A stretch of DNA of 64,000 bases from Candidatus Latescibacterota bacterium (GTDB lineage: Bacteria; Latescibacterota; UBA2968). The notes under the pieces are model-generated. The model worked only from the letters and a program-made list of their open reading frames with translations, did not search any database and was not told where the DNA came from. Made by a program: the position numbers and the translations under genes. Shown here piece after piece: positions 10,224-20,247 of the stretch (position 1 is its first letter; each line of letters starts with the position of its first letter). The stretch is taken from NCBI GenBank assembly GCA_965222605.1, contig OZ244960.1, positions 5,504,001 through 5,568,000 of the forward strand. The letters run 5' to 3'.

Positions 10224-11180
10224 CTACTTATATTTGGGTCCCTTATAAGGTTGGCCGATAGGGAATCGGTGCGGTTCAAGGTGCGGACGAAACGGTACCA
10301 TATCGGCGATCTCCTTAAGCCCGGAGAGTATCTCTGGTGGAAGAGGTCCTTTTTCAGCAGCTGCCACATTTTGTTCGACTTCCTCTATAGATCCTGTCCC
10401 CATGAGAACGGTGGAGACGTTGGGATTGGAAATTACCCAGCGCAGAGCGACTTCTGCAAGTGGTAATCCGATTTCATCCACAAAAGCGTAGAGTTTTTTG
10501 AACTGCTCCAGACGTGGCGGACTCAGCCATCGTGCGCCATTTTCCAGTTCCGGGATGTCGCGACGGGCCAGAAGACCCTTGAAAAAGGCTGCACCTATGA
10601 CAATTCCCATATTCTGTTTCTTAGCTTCAGGCAATCCAGAAATAGCGAATTCCTGCCGGACCAGATTGTAATTACCCGCTGCCAGAACCACATCGTAGTT
10701 ACCTGTGGCCATGATGTGTGTAAGTTCATAGGAACTGGTGCCAGCCAGCCCTGTGAATTTGATTATTTTTTCCTCTTTAAGTTCCTCCAGGACTTCACAC
10801 ACAGGTCCATGGAAATTGTCATAGTCAGTCCACCAATCGAATATTGAGGGATGGTCAGGTTCATGGATTTGCAGAATATCAATACTGTTGCGCTTAAGTA
10901 ATCGGAGGCTCTCATCAACTGACCGACGTAGCATATCTTTATCTTGTGCGTCAAATGGTTTGGGCCTTCCTCCGAGCTTAGTGGCTATGTAATATGATTG
11001 ACTCGCCCCCTCCAGACCGATCCCTATATTTTCCTCACTATTTCCGTAGCCGGGAGCCGTGTCAACATAGTTTACGCCCAGTTCCAGCGCGCGCCGCACA
11101 GTCTCTGACTTTGCTCCAACCCCTCCCATACCGAGAACAGTGACTTCAAATCCCGTGCGTCCAAGAATTCGTTTCTCCAC
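10224..11180 (-). CDS. aldo/keto reductase
   Basis: GTG start; VDTAPGYG, IATKLG, IDILQIH. Confidence 0.9.
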   Translation of the reverse strand: MEKRILGRTGFEVTVLGMGGVGAKSETVRRALELGVNYVDTAPGYGNSEENIGIGLEGASQSYYIATKLGGRPKPFDAQDKDMLRRSVDESLRLLKRNSIDILQIHEPDHPSIFDWWTDYDNFHGPVCEVLEELKEEKIIKFTGLAGTSSYELTHIMATGNYDVVLAAGNYNLVRQEFAISGLPEAKKQNMGIVIGAAFFKGLLARRDIPELENGARWLSPPRLEQFKKLYAFVDEIGLPLAEVALRWVISNPNVSTVLMGTGSIEEVEQNVAAAEKGPLPPEILSGLKEIADMVPFRPHLEPHRFPIGQPYKGPKYK

Positions 11181-11315
11181 AGAGCTCTCCTATTCAGTTT
11201 TCTACCCCCTGATGCGCTGTTTGAGCTTTTTAGTCGATAATCTTTGTTCCCACAGTCATTTTATTAATCAAATCCCAATTCCACTGAATAAGGGTTCATA
11301 CTTATTTGGCAGAAA

Positions 11316-12662
11316 TCAGGATTGGAAAATCGTCCCGGGCCACGGGTAAGCGTTGGATCCAGCCTCATCATCGATGGGGCCTTCCGGCAGTGTGGCTTGC
11401 CAATCCATGACCTGCTCTGACATCTGCTTGACCAAGGCCTCTTCAAATTTGGCGTGATTGACGAGTTCCATCGGGTCTGCAGGAATGTTGTAAAGCTCGA
11501 CACGACTTCTGTCCGGGTTGAGAAGCAGCTTCCAGTCACCCTCGCGGATTGAAAGGATCGGGCTTTTGTGAAGGCAATGGCCGTGAACCCGAAATCGCCA
11601 CTCCCACATCAACGGCGTCGTGCGATCTACCGAGTTACCTCGAAAGGCGGCTGTCATATCCTCGCCCTGCAGACCAATGTTGTCGGGAATATCTACGCCA
11701 GCGATGGAACAAAAAGTAGGCAACAGGTCTATGGCACATAAGGGCGTCGTGTTGTCAACTTTGCCTTTTGGTCCGCCACTGCTTGGCCACCGAAGAATGA
11801 AAGGGGTTCGCACACCGCCTTCGTAGAGGCTTCTTTTTCGACCTCGAAAGGGACCAGAAGAACCGACGCCACTGTGTGACGCATTTCGAACGTGGATATC
11901 CTCAGGGCCGTTGTCAGCTGAGAAGATGACAATCGTGTTGTCGGAAAGGCCCAGTTGATCCAGCCGATCCATGAGCCGTCCAATGTGGTAATCTGCGTTG
12001 GTAACGACAGAATAGTAGATGCGTAGTGCACCTTTGTGTTTGTCTTCCAGGCCTTGAGCGGTAAAATTCATATAGGGTTCCATCTGCTCCTCTGTAGGAT
12101 CCAGAGTGGCGTGGGTGTCAAGCAACCACGCTTGAACAAAGAAAGGCTCATCCTGATGTCTTTCGATGAAGGATATGGTTTCATCTATAATTACCTCTGT
12201 AGACTGAGATCTGCCTTCGGGAATCTCAATGGCGGGTCCGACCGCATTGAATGTTTTGGATTCGTCAATCCCATAAGCCGTGGTATCGGGTGCTTCTTCG
12301 CCCCTTCCCAGGTGCCACTTGCCAAAGTGTCCAACAGCATAGGCACTTTGTTGCAGGAGACCCGTGATGGTTGTTGCATCGGGATCCAACCAGTCTGGCA
12401 TGCCGCGTTGGTCGTTCAGCTCATGACTGGCAAAATGGCCATGTATGCCCCAGTGGGCAGGAAATCGACCCGTCATGACCGCTGCCCGGCTGGGTGAGCA
12501 CACACCCGAGCAAACATAGAATTGTGAGAAGAGAATGCCCTGCGAAGCGAGCCGATCCAGATTTGGCGTTTTTACAAACTGGTGGCCGTAGCAACTCAAG
12601 TCACCCCACCCCCAATCGTCGGCGAAGACAAATACGATATTGGGTCTTTTCGATTCAGCCAT
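11316..12662 (-). CDS. Cys-type sulfatase (arylsulfatase/GalNAc-6-sulfatase-like)
   Basis: PNIVFVFADDWG, CSPSR, GKWHLG, SADNG. Confidence 0.93.
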   Translation of the reverse strand: MAESKRPNIVFVFADDWGWGDLSCYGHQFVKTPNLDRLASQGILFSQFYVCSGVCSPSRAAVMTGRFPAHWGIHGHFASHELNDQRGMPDWLDPDATTITGLLQQSAYAVGHFGKWHLGRGEEAPDTTAYGIDESKTFNAVGPAIEIPEGRSQSTEVIIDETISFIERHQDEPFFVQAWLLDTHATLDPTEEQMEPYMNFTAQGLEDKHKGALRIYYSVVTNADYHIGRLMDRLDQLGLSDNTIVIFSADNGPEDIHVRNASHSGVGSSGPFRGRKRSLYEGGVRTPFILRWPSSGGPKGKVDNTTPLCAIDLLPTFCSIAGVDIPDNIGLQGEDMTAAFRGNSVDRTTPLMWEWRFRVHGHCLHKSPILSIREGDWKLLLNPDRSRVELYNIPADPMELVNHAKFEEALVKQMSEQVMDWQATLPEGPIDDEAGSNAYPWPGTIFQS

Positions 12663-12706
12663 TGCGGTTCTCCTTCAGGTTGTAGGGACCAGGCAGAGTC
12701 TTAACC

Positions 12707-12800
12707 TTATGCTGATTTTCCGGGCGGGCAGATCGTGTCTATCTTGTCCAGGGTGACTTTATCGAGGTCGCCATCAGCGGCAGCCGCATTCTGTTTTCAC
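12707..12800 (-). pseudogene. aldo/keto reductase 3' stub, homologous to the end of 5040-5990
   Basis: 12717-12797 aligns to 5062-5142 with 9 mismatches in 81 bp; reads KQNAAAADGDLDKVTLDKIDTICPPGKSA*. Confidence 0.85.
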
Positions 12801-12803
12801 CTG

Positions 12804-13652
12804 CTATGATTTTTCCCGACGCGGCGTCACTCGCCAGTCGGTTCGCAGTTTGGCAACGCGATCGGCTGGCGGCTGCATGAAGCGCTTGACCCTTTCACTG
12901 GCTTTCGCTTGCAACTCAGGCCCGACCAGTTCCCAGGCATTGTAGAACAGCCGGTCGCCGTTTGGTACGATGCGGATGTTCAGGGTGCGCCGGGGCTCGC
13001 GAGTCTGATTTACGCCTGCGCAATGCAGGCCCCCCGCATTTACAATCAGTAAATCACCCGGATCACCAGTAGTCTGGATCTTGTTGCTGTCTGAATCCGG
13101 CTCGGGATCCATCATTTCGGGTTCATCGGCTTTAAAACAATGTGTGCGCGGAATCAACCGGGTGCCGCCATTTTCCGCTGAATAGCCGTCAAGCATAAAG
13201 AAGAACCACAGGCCGTTGTGCTTGCCTTCGTCCGTGAGGCCGGGCCTGAAGTCGCGATGGAAACGTCCCTGCCGCGCTTCGGGGTGATAGCGTACGGTGT
13301 TGGCAACAAGATCTAAAAAATGGTAAGTACCCAGAGCACGTTCGCAGATCCTGTGAACGGTGTCATGGTCGAGCAGATCCATGGCTGTTTTACCCCACAT
13401 GAAACAGGCGCGGGCGTTCGGATTGATTGTGAAGTTGCGTTTCCCATTTCCGTCGAGAATGCGCACTTCAGGCAACTTCATCCCCCCTCGCCACTCGGCG
13501 ATATAATCATCCGCAGCACGCTGGGCGATATCCCGAAGAGGGGCGAGATACCCGGGGGCGATTTGCTCCCGCAGGATGACATAACCGTTTTCTTGCAGAT
13601 CGGCTACGCGTGAGTCCAATTCTTCGCCGCTCATTGGATGGACTGGTTGCAT
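12804..13652 (-). CDS. PhyH family dioxygenase
   Basis: FHRD, NGGTRLIPRTH, PGDLLI...LH. Confidence 0.87.
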   Translation of the reverse strand: MQPVHPMSGEELDSRVADLQENGYVILREQIAPGYLAPLRDIAQRAADDYIAEWRGGMKLPEVRILDGNGKRNFTINPNARACFMWGKTAMDLLDHDTVHRICERALGTYHFLDLVANTVRYHPEARQGRFHRDFRPGLTDEGKHNGLWFFFMLDGYSAENGGTRLIPRTHCFKADEPEMMDPEPDSDSNKIQTTGDPGDLLIVNAGGLHCAGVNQTREPRRTLNIRIVPNGDRLFYNAWELVGPELQAKASERVKRFMQPPADRVAKLRTDWRVTPRREKS

Positions 13653-13682
13653 AGGTTGACTCCTTATTGTTCGTCTACGCCC

Positions 13683-13880
13683 CTACGGTGCCAAGGCTTT
13701 CAGGTAGGTGGTGCCTTGCGTGTCGGCGTGTGCCTGGACCCAATCAGATAGTCGGTTTCGGTGATCCGTTAGGATCTGAATGAATTCAGGATCATTGGCG
13801 AGGTTCTTTGTTTCAGTGGGATCCGAAACCATATCGACAAGCATTTCTTCCGACGTGCCATCGTAGTGGAAGATTGAAGT
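13683..13880 (-). pseudogene. sulfatase 3' stub
   Basis: EEMLVDMVSDPTETKNLANDP..HRNRL is a sulfatase C-terminal motif; no N-terminal part present. Confidence 0.75.
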
Positions 13881-13893
13881 TACGTTCAAGATG

Positions 13894-15366
13894 TCAACGA
13901 GGGTCGCCAGCTTCAATTGTTCGTTCCAGCAGCCTGCTGCGCATTGCTTCTTCCCGATCTCGATAATCCGGGTTTCCTGCCAGATTCACCAGTTCGCCCG
14001 GGTCGTTCTGCAAGTCGTAAAGTTCAGAACGATCATTCACATAATGTGCGTATTTCCACTTCTCGTTTCGAACCATGCGACCCCGAGAAAGGAAGAACGT
14101 TCCCGACTCAACCAGCGGCAATTCAGGTACGGGTTCAGTCCGACTTATGCCGGCTTTCAGCGCGTCCAGTTCTGCTTCTGGTCCTCCCTCTGGCAATGGC
14201 TGACGGCTGCCAACTTCCGCATAGGTACAGTCTCTTTCTGGAGCCATACCCGACATCATTTCGGTCACACTTCTACCCTGAACACCCGGCGGGATCGAGA
14301 TTCCGCTACTCTGGAGTAATGTAGGCATCAAGTCGATTTGCTCAATTTGCAGTGCGTTTGTTGCACTATCCCGTGCATGTTCCAAACCCCTTACGATCAA
14401 TGGGACCTGGACAATGCAGTCGTAGAATGCAGCTGTTTTCCGAATGAGTCCGTGTTCGCCCAGGTACTCACCGTGGTCACCTGTGGCAACAATGATAGTG
14501 TCGTCCCAACGACCAAGCGCTTTTAGTCCATCAAAGAATTTGCCCAAGCATTCATCCAGGTGCCTAAGCATGCCATAGTAATACGCCATTGTCTGCCGCA
14601 GCTGCTCGTCATCCATGAGATGCAGCCACCCGCCGTGATAGTAGACTTGCTGAACGAATGGTTTTGAGTCCAATTCACCCTCAGGTCTATGTGGGAGAAG
14701 CATGTCCTCTGGTCTGTACATCGTGGCAAAAGGTTCGGGAGCCCGATAGGGCGGATGAACATCGGAAAAGCTCAACCACACAAACGAAGGCTCGTCACCC
14801 TTCCGTTCAAGATAATCGAGGGCCTGATTCACGTTGGCTCTTGCTGGAGATTCAGCAGGATCGAAAGGGTAGGTTCCGCCATACCAGATTGGGTTTGGGT
14901 GATCTCCCCAACGGAAACGTCTTGTTTGTGATTCGAACACGGATGGGTCGATGGGTATTGCAGGCCCAGGAAATGGCTTCCCATAGGCTTCTCGCTGCTT
15001 TTGCCGAAGTGGTGACTCTTCAATACACGCTTCAAATCCTGCAGTTTTGGCATCTGGAAAACAGTGGTTTTTCCCAAATAGGCCACAGCCGACACCAGCA
15101 TCTTTCAAGAGCCCTGGAAGATGAAACCCTTCCTTTTCTTGCATCAACAGCGTGTTGTCTCTGGAACCTGTAACGCTGGGATAACGACCCGTGAAAAATG
15201 CGACCCGCGATGCGACGCAGAGCGGAGAAGGTACGGTGCAGTTTTCAAACCTGATGGCTTCGCTGGCAAAGCTATCCAGATGAGGTGTCGCTCCGACGGG
15301 ATTGCCATAGCATCCTAATGCGCGAGCGGCAAGATGCTCAATGGTGATTACGACAATGTTTTTCAT
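13894..15366 (-). CDS. Cys-type sulfatase
   Basis: MKNIVVI after GGAGG RBS; CVASR, GKNH, GDHG, ELYDLQNDPGE. Confidence 0.9.
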   Translation of the reverse strand: MKNIVVITIEHLAARALGCYGNPVGATPHLDSFASEAIRFENCTVPSPLCVASRVAFFTGRYPSVTGSRDNTLLMQEKEGFHLPGLLKDAGVGCGLFGKNHCFPDAKTAGFEACIEESPLRQKQREAYGKPFPGPAIPIDPSVFESQTRRFRWGDHPNPIWYGGTYPFDPAESPARANVNQALDYLERKGDEPSFVWLSFSDVHPPYRAPEPFATMYRPEDMLLPHRPEGELDSKPFVQQVYYHGGWLHLMDDEQLRQTMAYYYGMLRHLDECLGKFFDGLKALGRWDDTIIVATGDHGEYLGEHGLIRKTAAFYDCIVQVPLIVRGLEHARDSATNALQIEQIDLMPTLLQSSGISIPPGVQGRSVTEMMSGMAPERDCTYAEVGSRQPLPEGGPEAELDALKAGISRTEPVPELPLVESGTFFLSRGRMVRNEKWKYAHYVNDRSELYDLQNDPGELVNLAGNPDYRDREEAMRSRLLERTIEAGDPR

Positions 15367-15434
15367 TTTACCTCCGGAAACCACGTCCTTTGGGACGTGA
15401 TCAGAGAAAATGGGCTTTGCCGTAAAAGTTGATG

Positions 15435-15463
15435 TTGACAAACCATTTCATACTGATTACATC
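15435..15463 (+). promoter_or_regulatory. putative sigma70 promoter for a leaderless tnpB mRNA
   Basis: TTGACA-N17-TACATC, 7 nt before ATG 15471; same geometry as in the second copy. Confidence 0.45.
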
Positions 15464-15470
15464 TATCAAC

Positions 15471-16210
15471 ATGACACTTACTTTACAAATACAACTGCTA
15501 CCGGATACGGACACAGCACAGAAGTTAAAAGCGACTGTTGAGCGGTTCAACGAGGCTGCCAATTGGCTTGCACTGAAGGCTTATGAGCGCAAGCTGGCAA
15601 ACGGCATTGCGTTACACAAACTATATTACTACGAGTTGCGTGCGCGATTTAGCCTTTCGTCCCAGATGGCGTGTCGCTGTATTGCCCAGGTTGTAGAGGC
15701 GTATAAGCGCGACAAAGAGGTGCAACCGTCGTTTCGTCGCCATGCTGCTATGCCTTACGATCAACGCCTGTATAGCTTCAAGGGCATAGACCGGGTATCT
15801 CTGCCATCTCCGGCAGGGAGAGCAGGTTTCGTAGAAACACCAACCATATCATCTCTAAACGCATCGTTGAGAAGGCCAAAGACACTGGCAAAGCGATTGC
15901 TCTTGAAGACCTCGAAGGCATACGCAAGAGCCAGAAACGGTTTCGCAAGCCTCAGCGTGCAAAGATGTCTGGATGGTCTTTCTTCCAACTTCGCACCTTT
16001 ATCGAATACAAGGCCAAGCGTGCTGGTATCCACGTAGAACCTGTTGACCCCAAATATACCAGCCAGACGTGTGCCGAATGCGGACACTTTGAGAAAGACA
16101 ATAGACATACCCAGGCATTCTTCCTGTGCAAAGTGTGTGGTCATAAAGACCATGCCGACCGCAACGCTGCTCGGAACATCCGAGCAAGGGCTTTGTGTCA
16201 ACAAGCCTAA
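15471..16210 (+). pseudogene. tnpB: TnpB with an internal ~352-bp deletion and frameshift
   Basis: Aligns to the intact copy on both sides of TCTCTG at 15798-15803; RuvC-I (GVDLG) removed. Confidence 0.88.
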
Positions 16211-16274
16211 TGTAGCGAATCGCCCCGCTGGGTGTGACAGCTACAAGCCACCGACTCTGGCGGTGGTAGTTGAC

Positions 16275-16942
16275 CTCTTATCCAGTCTCTGTAGATGTGT
16301 AACAGTTTTGTAGGAGAGCGTTACAAAAAAGGGATCCTCCCGGTGGCGCTTGAGGAAGTCGATTGTTGCGTCGGTGAAGATCTCCGTCAGGTAGCCCTCC
16401 CCAAATTCTTTGTAACCCCGGTTGTGCATGAGCGGCCCAACAACCGCGCTGTGCCCCTTTGGATCGGGCGTACGATCTTCGATATCTTTGGTGAGCAGGA
16501 AATAGTCGTGGCCGTGCGCCGAGAAACCGAGAAACTCGTCATAGCCATGGTTCAACGGATATTCGTGAGCCTCGTGATCATGAAAACCCAGACCATAATC
16601 GTTCTTGCCAAAGCGCGCTGTGGTATAGCCGTTTGCCTTCATGATCTCGGCGATATTCTTTTCGGTCTGGGGATGCCCGCATAAGAAGGAGGATTTCGGA
16701 TCCCAACGCACCTGGTGCCGTCCCGTATTCCATCCGGCACGCGAAGGGCTACACACGGGAGCCGTAAAGGCCTGCGAAAAGAGAACCCCGCGCTCAGCGA
16801 GCCGATCCATGTTCGGCGTCTGCACGTCCGGCGCATGGTGTTTGAATGCGGTCAGGTCGGCGTACCCCTGGTCGTCCGTGACGATGATGAGGATGTTCGG
16901 TAAGGAAGAGCCACTTCTGCATCTATCCGAATCTGCGCCCAT
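16275..16942 (-). pseudogene. 3'-truncated Cys-type sulfatase
   Basis: PNILIIVTDDQG, CSPSR; ends after FFVTLSY at the IS right end. Confidence 0.85.
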
Positions 16943-16944
16943 GA

Positions 16945-18012
16945 TTAGACCTCAGAGCCTGCAACAGTGCGAACGGCCTCGCTCCAGTCATCCCAAAGCC
17001 CCGGACCCTCCGCGCGTGGTTCAGGAGGCGGGACGGCCGGCCCAAGTTCAAGTCCGTAGTCCTTCCTCACCGAGGGCGGTGGCGATGGTCGTGGCCCTTT
17101 GACATAACGGCCGTTGTATGTTCTGTCATATACAGACTTTTTGTAGGCATCATAAAGAATCATCTGTCGAATCTGCGGAGGGTTGCTGTGGTTCGGCGTT
17201 GCCGAGTGGAACATTCGTCCGTGCGACAAGACCACATCTCCCTCGTCACCAAAGAACTCAAAGGGTTCAATGTTGGCGAGTGCGTCCTTGAGACCTGGAG
17301 GCTGTGGCAGCACGAATGCCGCAGCGCCACTATCTGGATGGGGCGAGTGCAGGATCGAATAGCGGGCGAGGTCTACGGAATCCGGCTCTGCTTCATAGAG
17401 CAAGCGGTGACTGCCGGGAAAGAGAGCAATGCCACCGCCGTCCTTTGGAACCTTATCAACGTATCCGATCGCCACCAGATGCATCGGCTCCGGGTCAATG
17501 TGTGCACCGGCACGGGCGGCATCCGCCAGAGAAGGTGAAGCGCTCTTACGCTCTCTCGGCAACACGCAGTACATACCGCGCAACTCCTTACCACCCCAGA
17601 CCGGCCAGCCACGTAGTCGGCTTCCACGAGGATCCGGATCGGCCGCGGAGGAACTGACCTCTGGTGTCACAACTTCACCTTTGCCGAGGAGTTGCTCAAA
17701 CCAGGGGAATACACGGCGTGGAAGCAAGTTGATCAGGTCCTCGTCGCCGGAGAGTTCACGCAGTCGCCAGCCGTGGTTACCGGTGCGATCATTCAGGCCA
17801 TCAGGCGTGCTTTGACGATCTGCCTCCGGGAGACCGTTTAGCCAGGTTTGAGGATCGTCTCGGCGCAAATGACTTGAGGTGTTTCCTGCCCACAGCCTGT
17901 CCCGCGCTGCAGCACAAAGTTTGGGGTCGAGAATATTTCGTTTAACGAGGAATCCGTTCGTAATAAATTGTTGGATCTCTTCTGTACTCAGTGCTGCCAA
18001 TGCTGTATTCAT
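16945..18012 (-). CDS. PhyH family dioxygenase
   Basis: FITNGFLV, AHID, FPGSH, GDVVLSH..MFH. Confidence 0.85.
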   Translation of the reverse strand: MNTALAALSTEEIQQFITNGFLVKRNILDPKLCAAARDRLWAGNTSSHLRRDDPQTWLNGLPEADRQSTPDGLNDRTGNHGWRLRELSGDEDLINLLPRRVFPWFEQLLGKGEVVTPEVSSSAADPDPRGSRLRGWPVWGGKELRGMYCVLPRERKSASPSLADAARAGAHIDPEPMHLVAIGYVDKVPKDGGGIALFPGSHRLLYEAEPDSVDLARYSILHSPHPDSGAAAFVLPQPPGLKDALANIEPFEFFGDEGDVVLSHGRMFHSATPNHSNPPQIRQMILYDAYKKSVYDRTYNGRYVKGPRPSPPPSVRKDYGLELGPAVPPPEPRAEGPGLWDDWSEAVRTVAGSEV

Positions 18013-18102
18013 GGAAATAAGCCTTCTTTCTTCAATACTGAACCATTGTTGGTTCTCCTGCCTTCTAATTAATTTGACTCTGTTACATGATAATAAATCA
18101 GA

Positions 18103-18117
18103 AATTGATTATCAATT
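18103..18117. promoter_or_regulatory. AT-rich 7-1-7 palindrome, candidate operator
   Basis: AATTGAT-T-ATCAATT in a divergent intergenic region. Confidence 0.35.
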
Positions 18118-18333
18118 CATTATACTTCGAACAAGAGCCTTAAAAAAACAGTCTTTGAGATTATCGAATACAAGGAGATGAGATGGATAGTCACACCGCC
18201 ACCACTTCCAGCACTTCCAGTGTCGTCGATCTGCTTGACGAATTGATCGCCAATTTGTAGTATGCATCCGGATCCTGCCCTTGGACACCAGCAGTAGTTT
18301 TGGTGATTTCAAATACATTGAGGAGGAAGAAAA

Positions 18334-19878
18334 ATGAAAGCAAGACCATTCAAAGGTGCGAAGATAGGCAGGGCTCTGACCATTGCGTTGCTATTGGCTT
18401 TGACCGCGGGCAACGTCGCGGCCCAAAGCCCCACCGAGCTGCCGGCCAAAGATTTGAGCACGATTGATTTGTCAAAATCGGAAGGTGCTAAATACTTTCT
18501 CATAGTAAAGGCTTATGCCGATTATATGATTACCCACGGGCGCGACCGTTACGGAAAAGAACATTCGCCCCTTTTTGCCACAACGCTTAACCGGGAAACC
18601 GGAAATGTATATCGCGAAAATCCTCCCGATGCACCCAAAGGTATCCGCAATGGCGATCGCACTTGGCGTGGTTCAAATACGTCAAAAGATAATGGTTTAT
18701 ACAGCATACTTTATCATTTGACAGAAATCACCGGAGATGACAAGTATGCACAGAAAGCGGATAAAGCAATCAAATGGTTTTTTGCCAACTGCCAAAGTCT
18801 TGAAACAGGATTTATGGCCTGGGGAGAACACATCGGTTGGGATTTTTTTACAGAGGCGCCTATTAAAATGGGTACTCGATCTTTGACACACGAGTACAAA
18901 ATTTTCAATTATTGGGACAAGGTGTGGGAATTTAATCCGGAAGCTGCTGAAAAGTTTGCACTGGGATTATGGGAACACCAGATTTATGCGCACGAAGGAC
19001 CAGAAGCGGGTGAGTTTAGCCGACATGCCAGTTATGACACGCATAGTCCTGGAAAAGGAAGAGCTTTTCCCGCACATGGCGGCAATTATATCTATGTTTG
19101 GACAAAAGCATATCGGGAAACTGGCAAAGAAGTTTTTTTAACCGCCATTGAAACCGTATTGAATTATTATGAGCGAAATACAACCGATAAAGGTGCGATC
19201 TTATATGCATCAGATTTTCCTGAGCAATATTCTTTGAAACAAAGTATGAATCTGGCATCCAATCTTTATCGCGCAAAGGATTTTATGCCCGCAGACCTTG
19301 CAAATAGGATGAAGAAATTGTCAGAAGGAACAGATCCTTTGTATTTAAGTTTTGATCACGATCCGTCAAAAGGCGGAAAAGGATTTCTTGAATCTGCCAA
19401 TCTTATGACCCTTGTACCGGGGAATTTTCGGAGGTCAAGTACTGGAACGGATGCCTGGACTGAAATGTGGTCGGCTGGTTATGGGGTGGGATCGGGAAGT
19501 ACCGAGCAGGCAAACAAATGTTATGCGCGGTATAAACTAACAGGTATTGAAGGCTATAGAATCCTTTTTATGAAATCGGTGAATGCCTATTACAACGAAG
19601 ATCCTCCGCCGTCAGCAGTACTTTATCCCAGCAATTATTCCAGCATATTTAATATGATGATGAATGCGTATGAATTAACAGGGGCAGAACGTTTTTTAAG
19701 CAAAGCAAAAACGTATATGGACTTATCGGTAGAAACTTTTCTGAGTGATCAATCACCTCTACCAAAAGCATCAAACCAAAGTGAACATTATGAAGCCATA
19801 ACAGGTGGCCCAGAATTAATGGAAAATGTGCTGCGTTTATGGATGGTAATGAACCCTCAGGATCGTGCTGGCGAATAG
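18334..19878 (+). CDS. secreted protein, PL2-like (alpha/alpha toroid) lyase candidate
   Basis: Signal peptide; YADYMITHGRDRYGKEHSPLFA resembles the PL2 N-terminus; WGEH. Confidence 0.55.
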   Translation: MKARPFKGAKIGRALTIALLLALTAGNVAAQSPTELPAKDLSTIDLSKSEGAKYFLIVKAYADYMITHGRDRYGKEHSPLFATTLNRETGNVYRENPPDAPKGIRNGDRTWRGSNTSKDNGLYSILYHLTEITGDDKYAQKADKAIKWFFANCQSLETGFMAWGEHIGWDFFTEAPIKMGTRSLTHEYKIFNYWDKVWEFNPEAAEKFALGLWEHQIYAHEGPEAGEFSRHASYDTHSPGKGRAFPAHGGNYIYVWTKAYRETGKEVFLTAIETVLNYYERNTTDKGAILYASDFPEQYSLKQSMNLASNLYRAKDFMPADLANRMKKLSEGTDPLYLSFDHDPSKGGKGFLESANLMTLVPGNFRRSSTGTDAWTEMWSAGYGVGSGSTEQANKCYARYKLTGIEGYRILFMKSVNAYYNEDPPPSAVLYPSNYSSIFNMMMNAYELTGAERFLSKAKTYMDLSVETFLSDQSPLPKASNQSEHYEAITGGPELMENVLRLWMVMNPQDRAGE

Positions 19879-19937
19879 AGCTATAATATAACTGTCCGTC
19901 AGCAATAAAATTTCAGTATCACATTGAGGTGTTACTT

Positions 19938-20189
19938 ATGAGCGATGACGTATCAAACAAAACCAACAGGCGTGCGTTAAATATCTTGTACATCATGACC
20001 GACGAACAGCCGGTCAGTTGCGTGGCGGGGTTTGGAAACCCGGTTATCAAAACACCTAACCTGAATCCGGACTCTCCGGGGAAAAAAGCCTATACCGGGT
20101 TCCTGATGGATAGATATAAGGACAAATTGAACACACTCAAGGAATATTACAGGCTTCCGGACTCAGCCTTTCATGATAAAGTTTATTAA
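19938..20189 (+). pseudogene. sulfatase 5' stub fused to an unrelated or distal 3' end
   Basis: NILYIMTDEQ..GNPVIKTPNL, then homology is lost abruptly before the CxPxR motif. Confidence 0.8.
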
Positions 20190-20247
20190 TTCTTGAATTG
20201 TGAGAAAACCAAGAAGATTATAAAGATTCTGAGAAAAGGAGATCAGT

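Larger units (their letters stand above)
15435..16274 (+). mobile_element. degenerate IS200/IS605 (IS1341-type) element; left end lost, right end intact
   Basis: High similarity to 52257-53348; right-end hairpin CCACCG..CGGTGG followed by TAGTTGAC. Confidence 0.85.
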
